A stretch of DNA of 33,893 bases, taken from a virus (lineage: Duplodnaviria; Caudoviricetes). Below the pieces are notes generated by a model. It was not told the DNA's origin. It searched no databases and saw nothing but the letters and a program-made list of their open reading frames with translations. The stretch covers positions 1 to 33,893 of IMG/VR virus record IMGVR_UViG_3300008255_000299. The stretch is one strand, 5' to 3'. Made by a program: the position numbers and the translations under genes. Of the stretch, positions 27,942 to 33,893 are shown piece after piece; the stretch's first letter is position 1, and each line of letters starts with the position of its first letter.

Positions 27942-28472
27942 TTAGACGATGGTCGATGTGGGGTAGAACTTCTTGCCGCCCTTCTGGTTGCCGTGCACGA
28001 AGTGCGCGTCAATCGTGGCGTTGGCGAGATTGGTGCCACCCACCGCCGACACCGCGCCGCCGAGGTAGCGTTGCAAGATGCTATCCTTGAACTCGGGGTC
28101 GAACTGCACACGCAGCACGATCTCTTTGCCCGCCACCATGGAAGCCACGGGAATCTCGTCCGTGCGGATCAAGACCGTGGGGGAACCGAGTAGCCCGGTT
28201 GCCGAGGTAACCAGCTCGAACACGACCGAAGTCACACCCGAGAACGTCGCGCTGCCCACGTTGGTGAACACGAGGTAGAGGGGCTCGCCCTCGCCGATGT
28301 CCCGTGTGAGTGACGCACCGGGTGCGAGGTTGACGCCCAGACCCGCGGGGTCTGTCATCGCCGAGACTGCGACGCCGCCCACGTCCACCGAGGACTCGGT
28401 GACGGTGCGCCCGCCGGCTGCCGTGGTGAGCACCTGCGAGGTGGCCACCTGTAAGTTGATGTCTGAGATCAT
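27942..28472 (-). CDS. Bbp16-like capsid cement/decoration protein (copy 1)
   Basis: MISD......SQ......SVDV...RDIGEGEPLYLV and QRYLG....G.N....IDA. Directly follows the capsid gene. Confidence 0.8.
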   Translation of the reverse strand: MISDINLQVATSQVLTTAAGGRTVTESSVDVGGVAVSAMTDPAGLGVNLAPGASLTRDIGEGEPLYLVFTNVGSATFSGVTSVVFELVTSATGLLGSPTVLIRTDEIPVASMVAGKEIVLRVQFDPEFKDSILQRYLGGAVSAVGGTNLANATIDAHFVHGNQKGGKKFYPTSTIV

Positions 28473-28535
28473 TGGGAGTTCCTGTTTGTTGGTTGGGGCC
28501 GCGGGTTGCCCTAGTCGAGCAGCCCGCGAGCGGGA

Positions 28536-29567
28536 CTAGAGGACTTCCGCCTCATCAACTCGCAGCGCATCGCAGCGGCGAATTGGGACGCCCAAGCAGC
28601 TCAGGTAGCGCGTCGGCGAACCGAACTGCGTGAGACCTTCTTGCAACGCAAGCGCGCCTTGGCTCTTCTCCATCGCGATCCGGGCGAGCGCACTGTGCGC
28701 CAACCGGTTCACGTAGAACGCGGGCCTGCACATGTTCAGGTTCGGAATGCGGTAGACAGCCCTCACCATTTGGTGGAGCAGGTTGTTGAGGCTCGCGGGG
28801 TTTTGGAGGCCGCCGAGGATCTGCGAATCGCTCGTATCAATGTTGCAGATCCGGACCACGTACCGCCAGTCCTGAACTACCAGACCGTGGTGCCACTGGA
28901 ACAGGTCGACGAAGGCCTGCATCCGGTTCGCGGCGACGCCGCCGGCACCGTAGACCGTCTGCTCGCCGAGGTCTTGGTGAACGATGCCGGCCTGCGAGCC
29001 TTCGGGGAAGGTGCAGTAGACCGTTTCGTCACCCCAGCCCACAAGGTAGACCGACATTTGACCCGCGCCAGTACCGCCGGCGTTGATCACGTTCTGGGAG
29101 TTTGCCGCTCCCGAGAGCACGCCGAAGCGGTCGCCCAGACCGAGGTAGGACGCCGGCTGCGTGGCAGTGCGCCCGTAGAACATCGTGTTGGCCTGCGTCT
29201 GGCCCATCGACTCGATGTGCGTCCGGCTTTGGCCGAAGCGGAACTTGTTCACGTCGCCACTCAGGCGAGCGAGCACGCAGTCCGTTTCGCTTCGGGCTTC
29301 GAGCATGCCGATGCCTTCATCGACTTGCGCGGTGGTTGCCTTGCTGGGTGGGATGCCTTGGTTGACCTGGCGCCAGTAGGACGCCGGCAAACCGGTGGAG
29401 ATCGTCACCCGGTGGTGAGTCTTGCCGTTGGCCTGCTTGAAAACGCAGTCCTCCAGAATCTCGTTTGTTTGCGAGAGGACGTTGGTGACGACGGCGATCT
29501 TGCCATCGGGGTCGAACATCTTGGCCCAGTCGGCCAAGGTGAGGCTGGTGTTGCTGAGTGCTGCCAT
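28536..29567 (-). CDS. Major capsid protein (BPP-1 Bbp17-like)
   Basis: TLADWAK..DPDG....V..L.QTNEILED, TGLP...WR..NQG, W..GL.V.DWRYVVRICNID and G.PIRR.DAL...EA.V. Confidence 0.95.
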   Translation of the reverse strand: MAALSNTSLTLADWAKMFDPDGKIAVVTNVLSQTNEILEDCVFKQANGKTHHRVTISTGLPASYWRQVNQGIPPSKATTAQVDEGIGMLEARSETDCVLARLSGDVNKFRFGQSRTHIESMGQTQANTMFYGRTATQPASYLGLGDRFGVLSGAANSQNVINAGGTGAGQMSVYLVGWGDETVYCTFPEGSQAGIVHQDLGEQTVYGAGGVAANRMQAFVDLFQWHHGLVVQDWRYVVRICNIDTSDSQILGGLQNPASLNNLLHQMVRAVYRIPNLNMCRPAFYVNRLAHSALARIAMEKSQGALALQEGLTQFGSPTRYLSCLGVPIRRCDALRVDEAEVL

Positions 29568-29576
29568 CTGATTGGA

Positions 29577-30293
29577 TTACTTGGAGTCGCCGTACATGAC
29601 CGAAGCAGCGTGGCTCGCGTCCTTGAACACGTCGCCGCTGATGCTCTTGCCCTGCAGGGGCGCCCCATTGGCGCCGGGTTGAACTGCTGGGGGCTCGGTG
29701 ATTGCCGCGCCGATCTTCGCGAGGAAGCGGAACACCGCTGGCTCTTGGCCAAGCGGTAGCTCACCGGCGTTCAGTAGTTCCTTCAGCGCTTCGTCACCGA
29801 ATGCTCGTACGGCTGAATCCCTCAACGCCTCACTTTGCGGAAGGCGCTCGCCTCCGAACTTGGGGTCGTTCGCGATCTCTGCTGCCCAGCCTTCCCGGGT
29901 CTCCTTGAGCATCTGCGCCTGCGCCGCATCAAGCGACGGAGCGACAGAGTCAAGCAGTGCCTGGGTTTGGGCTGCGGTCAGGTTTTGGGCGCGGGCGGTC
30001 TCGATGAGCTTGGCAGTGGTTGCCTCGTCGAGCAGCATCGTCTCGGGGACGTTGAGGTCGAAGGCTTCCGGCTCAGCGGGATCGTCGGGGGGCGTATCGC
30101 CACCGTCCTTTGGTTCCACGGGCGCAGGCGTCGGCGTCGGCTCTTCTGGCGGCGGGACCACCAGTTTCGGCGTTGGCGTTGGCGTGGGCTCGGGAGCCAC
30201 TGGCGTGGGAACTACTGGGGTTGCAGCGGGTGCTGCGGGGGTTGCAGCGGGAGCTGCGGGTTGAGCTGCGGCAGGTGTTGGAATGGCTGTCAC
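29577..30293 (-). CDS. Capsid scaffolding/assembly protein
   Basis: GTG at 30293 overlaps the upstream TGA. Pro/Thr/Ala-rich N-terminus; DP.FGG, LG..P.VFRF..KIG.AI.E and C-terminal A..MYG. Precedes the capsid gene. Confidence 0.85.
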   Translation of the reverse strand: MTAIPTPAAAQPAAPAATPAAPAATPVVPTPVAPEPTPTPTPKLVVPPPEEPTPTPAPVEPKDGGDTPPDDPAEPEAFDLNVPETMLLDEATTAKLIETARAQNLTAAQTQALLDSVAPSLDAAQAQMLKETREGWAAEIANDPKFGGERLPQSEALRDSAVRAFGDEALKELLNAGELPLGQEPAVFRFLAKIGAAITEPPAVQPGANGAPLQGKSISGDVFKDASHAASVMYGDSK

Positions 30294-30523
30294 AGAAGTT
30301 CTCCGATGATCTTGTTGAATTGGTTTTCGTCGACACCGCGCAGCTTGTGCAGCAGCTCGACTCCGATGGCGCGGCGGCCGGCGTTGAAGCTCATCTGCGA
30401 GTTGCTCAGCGCGAACACTTCCTCGCGGAAGCCCGTGGTATCCACTAGCCACCTCAGCACCACGCGGCCCTGCGGCTGGCCCATCAGCCAGCGCAGTGCA
30501 TCGCTCGGCGAGGTGTCGCTCAA
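30290..30523 (-). CDS. Bbp19-like small phage protein
   Basis: LRWLM..PQGR.VL..L....G......F......M.FN.GRR.IG..L. TTG start with GAGG upstream. Confidence 0.82.
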   Translation of the reverse strand: MSDTSPSDALRWLMGQPQGRVVLRWLVDTTGFREEVFALSNSQMSFNAGRRAIGVELLHKLRGVDENQFNKIIGELL

Positions 30524-30582
30524 TGGGTTTGCCTCACGGTGGGAAGTGCCATGCGGGGGAAACTACCTCGCCCCGAGGCGGC

Positions 30583-30870
30583 TTATGTGCCCCCTGCGGA
30601 AGCGAAAGCCGCTCGCAGGAACACGAACACCGCCTGCGAGATCCACGTCTCGACCACGTCTTGGACCGCTGACATCTCAGATGCGGCGATGTTGGCCATC
30701 GACGCGCGCAGGTATTTGGCCTCCTGCTCCGCCTTGGCAGGGTCGCTCAGTGCCATGGCCGCGATGCGAGTAGCATCTGCTGCAATGGTGGCCAACTGCA
30801 TCTGCATCTCCGGGTTCGCCACTCGTGCCTGAAGTTCCAGCAGCAACGCTTCCGGCGTCGGGTTGCTCAC
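30583..30870 (-). CDS. hypothetical helical protein with hydrophobic C-terminus
   Basis: GTG at 30870 overlaps the lipoprotein stop (GTGA). 95 aa. Confidence 0.65.
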   Translation of the reverse strand: MSNPTPEALLLELQARVANPEMQMQLATIAADATRIAAMALSDPAKAEQEAKYLRASMANIAASEMSAVQDVVETWISQAVFVFLRAAFASAGGT

Positions 30871-31088
30871 TTCAACACCCCTGGCGCCGTGTAGAGTCGC
30901 GCCCGCCACGTCTCGACCACCAGCAGCCGGCGGTCCTTCTCCGGCTGGTTCAACAGTGGGTCGGCCAGCACGTACGCGGAGTAGCTCGGCGCGATGGCTT
31001 CGAACGTGGCAAGGTCTGCTTGCACGTATCCCGAGCCGGGAGCGGTGCAGGATGCGAGCAGCAAGCCCGCGAGGAGTAGTTTCTTCAT
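30867..31088 (-). CDS. Small lipoprotein (possible o-spanin)
   Basis: MKK + hydrophobic core + lipobox LASC; ATGA overlap. Confidence 0.78.
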   Translation of the reverse strand: MKKLLLAGLLLASCTAPGSGYVQADLATFEAIAPSYSAYVLADPLLNQPEKDRRLLVVETWRARLYTAPGVLK

Positions 31089-31405
31089 GATGCTCTCACT
31101 TCGCGCAGCAGCTCGTGCAGCTTGGCCTCGCGTTCACGGTTGTCCTTCAGCAGGATGACTTGGGTTTCCTGCATCTGTGCCATGCCTTCCTTCACATCAG
31201 CGCTGACGTTGCGAATTGTCTGACTGAACTCGGTGGTGATCCCGGCGATCGTCTGATCCTTTCGCCGCGACTCCTCGAGTTCGAGCACGCGCTGCTCCTT
31301 GAGATACTTCAGCACGAGCCAGCCCATGCCGAGCGCGACGCCAATGCCGCCACCGCTCAGCAACTCCGACCATGGGACCACCGCTGCTACTTGTTCGAGT
31401 TGCAT
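31085..31405 (-). CDS. Single-TM coiled-coil protein (holin- or i-spanin-like)
   Basis: N-terminal TM (GGIGVALGMGWLVL) followed by a charged heptad-like region. Confidence 0.65.
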   Translation of the reverse strand: MQLEQVAAVVPWSELLSGGGIGVALGMGWLVLKYLKEQRVLELEESRRKDQTIAGITTEFSQTIRNVSADVKEGMAQMQETQVILLKDNREREAKLHELLREVRAS

Positions 31406-31408
31406 CTG

Positions 31409-33106
31409 CTAGATCCCTCCGTAGCCCTGGAACGCCCCCGCGAGATCGGGGGCGTCTCGGTTGGCAGCTGCCACGTCTCGCATGGCGCCGGCTTGCACCG
31501 CCTGCGCCTCGGCCTGCGCTTGCTGGCTCTGCGCTTCTGCTCGGGCTTGCCGGATAGCAGCCACGTCGTTCGGGTCGCGCAAGTTGTCGGGCTCGATGGC
31601 GAGCATGTCCGCGTAATCGCGCGCCACGTTGTCCGCGTCCACAATGTCGAGCATCTCGGGGAACGCGCCTCCGCCGGCCGAGACCATCGAGAGGAAGCGC
31701 TCCAAGGTCACGACCCCCGAGGCTTGCTGCAGCTGCTGTAGCATCGAGACGAACTCGACCTGCAAAGGCACGCCCTGCAATTCACTGGGCACCGCGGGGA
31801 GCAAGCCCGCCTCCTCCATGTAGCCGAACACGCGCTCGACCAGAGGACGAAGCAACTCGTTGTGCAGACGCTCCAGCGCTGGGCCGAGCATCAGCATCTT
31901 CTCTTCGTGCATCTCGTCAACTTCGGTCGCGGTTTTTGCGCGGCGCGAGTTCATGAGCAGCATGAACAAGTCGTTGTAGAGAGCGCGGCTGATCTGGTCC
32001 TGCGTGCGCTCGATCTGGTCACTGAGCGCAACCACGTCGAGGTTCACCTTGAACATCGACTCGATCTTCTGGTTCGCTCCGTTCGCCACTGGGGTGTAGC
32101 CACCTGGGCGTAGCTTGATGTCCTTCTGCGTCAGGCCCGGCGGTCCTTGCAACGGGGGCTTGGCGCCGAAGGCGACTGCTTCACCCATTGCAAACTGCAT
32201 CTTCTGCAGTCGCTTCGCGTGGGGCAGCACCTCGTGGCCTGGGCCGGAGCCCCACGAGTTCAGGTCAGTGACTGACCACCGCGGCACCAAGTAGGGGAAT
32301 GTTTTATAGCCGCCCTCGCGCAAGATGCCGCGGGTGCGGTTGTCGCGTCTCTCACCTTGCAGGAAGTAGACCGACCGGAAGCGCATGTTGAGCTGGTCGA
32401 GCTTGTCCATGAGCCGATCCTCGCGTGGCTCCACCGCGTGCGTGACCGTGTGAGTGGTCTCAAGCATTCCCTCGTCGTATTGGTGGCGGATCTCTTGCGT
32501 CACGTTTTCCAATCCGAACTCAGCCACGATCTGGCCAACCGTCATCTCGAACTCGCGGTAGACACAGTTCACTACCCCGAGCGGACTGGTGGCTAGGAAG
32601 TAGCTGCCCACCGTGAGCGTGTGCAGGTGCACCACGGTGTCGAAGTTCCGCTCCATCAGCACGCAAGCGGTGCCGAAGGCGCTGATCTCTTCGTACGCGT
32701 TGTGCAGCGCTTGGTAGACGTTCGAGCGCGACATCACGAAGCGCATGCGCCGAGCTGCCTCCGCGAAGAACGCGCGCACGGAATAGACTTCCTCCAGCCT
32801 GGGGTCAGGCGGCTTCAACCTGAACCAGTTGCGCGCGGGGCTCGACCCGCCGCCCATGAGGAACGCACCCATGCCACGGTGCGCGCGAACTGCAGTCGAG
32901 TCGTAAACCGCGTTCTGCTCGGTGACCTGCTTGTTGGCCCGAGTCTTCTGGGTGAAGCGGCCTCGCCACGGACACATCTGCGCAGCGATACTCTCGTGCG
33001 ATGAGCGTTGGTCGCTGTATTCAGACTTCAGCCGGTTGTGACGCGCGAGCAACCGCTGTAGCAACAGCTCGTTGGTCTTGCGCTCCGGTGCCGTAGCTAC
33101 TGCCAT
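31409..33106 (-). CDS. Portal / head-to-tail connector (BPP-1 Bbp21-, T7 gp8-like)
   Basis: 565 aa. YDSTA.RA, SPAR.WF.L, FGTA, FPY.VPRW, G.GPG, TATEV....EEK..MLGP..ERL..E.L.PL. Confidence 0.96.
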   Translation of the reverse strand: MAVATAPERKTNELLLQRLLARHNRLKSEYSDQRSSHESIAAQMCPWRGRFTQKTRANKQVTEQNAVYDSTAVRAHRGMGAFLMGGGSSPARNWFRLKPPDPRLEEVYSVRAFFAEAARRMRFVMSRSNVYQALHNAYEEISAFGTACVLMERNFDTVVHLHTLTVGSYFLATSPLGVVNCVYREFEMTVGQIVAEFGLENVTQEIRHQYDEGMLETTHTVTHAVEPREDRLMDKLDQLNMRFRSVYFLQGERRDNRTRGILREGGYKTFPYLVPRWSVTDLNSWGSGPGHEVLPHAKRLQKMQFAMGEAVAFGAKPPLQGPPGLTQKDIKLRPGGYTPVANGANQKIESMFKVNLDVVALSDQIERTQDQISRALYNDLFMLLMNSRRAKTATEVDEMHEEKMLMLGPALERLHNELLRPLVERVFGYMEEAGLLPAVPSELQGVPLQVEFVSMLQQLQQASGVVTLERFLSMVSAGGGAFPEMLDIVDADNVARDYADMLAIEPDNLRDPNDVAAIRQARAEAQSQQAQAEAQAVQAGAMRDVAAANRDAPDLAGAFQGYGGI

Positions 33107-33109
33107 GCG

Positions 33110-33424
33110 TTACCCTAGCGTGCGAGACGCAGCTGCGCCGGTGACGGCAGTGGTGGAGTCAAGAGCGGTAGGGGTTGAGGCACTCGTGGGGTTCGTGCCC
33201 GTCCGCGTCGCCTGAGCAATTGCGATCTGGCGGCCTCGCCGGCGTTGCGCTTCGCGTCCCTGCGAACGCGCAGCGGTTGCCGACTGCTGCGACATGGCTT
33301 GCCGTTGCGCTGCTTGCTGCCGGTTCCGCCCCTTGCGCGCCGCGGCCGATTGCGTCTCACCTGCGTAGATGCCGTAGCCCGTTCCGATCACGGCTGCCAC
33401 TGCGCCAGCTGCTGCCCAGCCCAT
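33110..33424 (-). CDS. Small basic virion protein upstream of portal
   Basis: ATG at 33424 overlaps the GNAT stop (TGATG). Gly/Ala N-terminus, Q/R-rich middle and terminal TLG, as in small pre-portal proteins of podoviruses. Confidence 0.72.
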   Translation of the reverse strand: MGWAAAGAVAAVIGTGYGIYAGETQSAAARKGRNRQQAAQRQAMSQQSATAARSQGREAQRRRGRQIAIAQATRTGTNPTSASTPTALDSTTAVTGAAASRTLG

Positions 33425-33893
33425 CAGACCCCCTCGCTGTAGATGACGTCCCGGCACTTGAACCGGGTGGACTTCTCTAGCTGCTTGTGCAGCTCCGAGC
33501 CCTGCTTCGCGTGCCAAGCAACTTCGCTCGCGCCTCGCTCCTTGGCAAAAGCTCGCGTGGCTGACATCAGACGGCCCCCGATGCGGGTGCCCCGGTGGTC
33601 CTCGCGCACGAACAGCACGTCGTTCTGCACGTAGCTGAAGTCGTAGTGCAGGTGCCGGGGGACGAAGATGCTGACGGAGTAACCCACGATCTCTTCGCTG
33701 TGCCCCCGGCTGGCAGCCACGTAGGCCGCCACCACGTGCAAGTCTCCCCGCTCCTCGATCGCATCGAGCACCGGCCATGCAACATCTAGCCCACGCTCAG
33801 CGTCTACCGATAACTCGGTGAAGTGGGCCTCGAACAAGGCCCCCGCTTCTCGCCTGAGTTGGGCGAGCGGGATCTGCTGCACGGATAGCTGCA
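33424..33893 (-). CDS. GNAT-family N-acetyltransferase (start probably at or just beyond the window edge)
   Basis: IVGY..F...HLHY, DVLFV.EDHRGTRIG.RLM (acetyl-CoA motif A) and AKERGA. Frame is open to the right edge. Confidence 0.85.
   Translation of the reverse strand, partial: QLSVQQIPLAQLRREAGALFEAHFTELSVDAERGLDVAWPVLDAIEERGDLHVVAAYVAASRGHSEEIVGYSVSIFVPRHLHYDFSYVQNDVLFVREDHRGTRIGGRLMSATRAFAKERGASEVAWHAKQGSELHKQLEKSTRFKCRDVIYSEGV

Larger units (their letters stand above)
1..33893. mobile_element. Segment of a podovirus-type phage/prophage (BPP-1-like head module, PolA-based replication arm)
   Basis: Two convergent, tightly packed operons. Gene order is portal-scaffold-capsid-cement-adaptor-nozzle-internal proteins on the - strand and nuclease-SSB-helicase-PolA on the + strand. 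No host housekeeping genes seen. Confidence 0.96.

Noticed and set aside
28641-29759. Long antisense ORFs (also 4286-5362, 3594-4481, 29835-30773, 15626-16450)
   Set aside because: Shadow frames of real genes in GC-rich DNA, with no motifs or start signals.
30130-30270. Short repeats (GGCGTT/GGCGTC, GCAGCGGG) as a DNA element
   Set aside because: Explained by the Pro/Thr/Ala low-complexity N-terminus of the scaffold protein.
29577-33778. ORF-track long starts (30452, 33778, 30909; likewise 1800, 5243, 8477, 21131)
   Set aside because: Most extensions overlap upstream genes, and the 5243 one lies in the structured intergenic element. Later starts with RBS or stop/start coupling fit better.
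1-33893. Stop-codon reassignment (many TAG stops, some in frame with the next gene)
   Set aside because: All recognisable proteins are full length under the standard code, and TAG falls at the expected C-termini.

Overview
The window is a ~34 kb, GC-rich (roughly two-thirds G+C by eye) segment of a tailed dsDNA phage or prophage of the short-tailed (podovirus) type. Its head genes resemble those of Bordetella phage BPP-1. The + strand (1-9211) is an early/replication arm: two paralogous pentapeptide-repeat proteins, a DUF932-like protein, small proteins, a Cas4-like PD-(D/E)XK nuclease, a T7 gp2.5-like SSB, a Dda/RecD2-like SF1 helicase, a family A DNA polymerase and an XRE HTH. The - strand (33893-9350) is a virion operon: GNAT, small virion protein, portal, a three-gene cassette with a membrane protein and a lipoprotein, Bbp19-like protein, scaffold, major capsid, two Bbp16-like cement paralogues, tail adaptor, tail nozzle, and three internal (ejection) proteins ending in a 2832-aa polyvalent protein. 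The arms converge on a strong hairpin terminator at 9311-9351. Three observations stand out. (1) The tail adaptor is fused behind a SASA-type SGNH O-acetylesterase whose catalytic blocks are split by about 500 aa of beta-rich modules. (2) The giant ejection protein carries an ADP-ribosyltransferase-like domain and a second conserved domain between in-frame 13-bp direct repeats, followed by a zincin motif. (3) PolA has non-canonical motifs B and C. No terminase, endolysin, separate tail fibre, integrase, RNA polymerase or reverse transcriptase is recognisable in the window. All family assignments come from motif recognition by eye, not from database searches.
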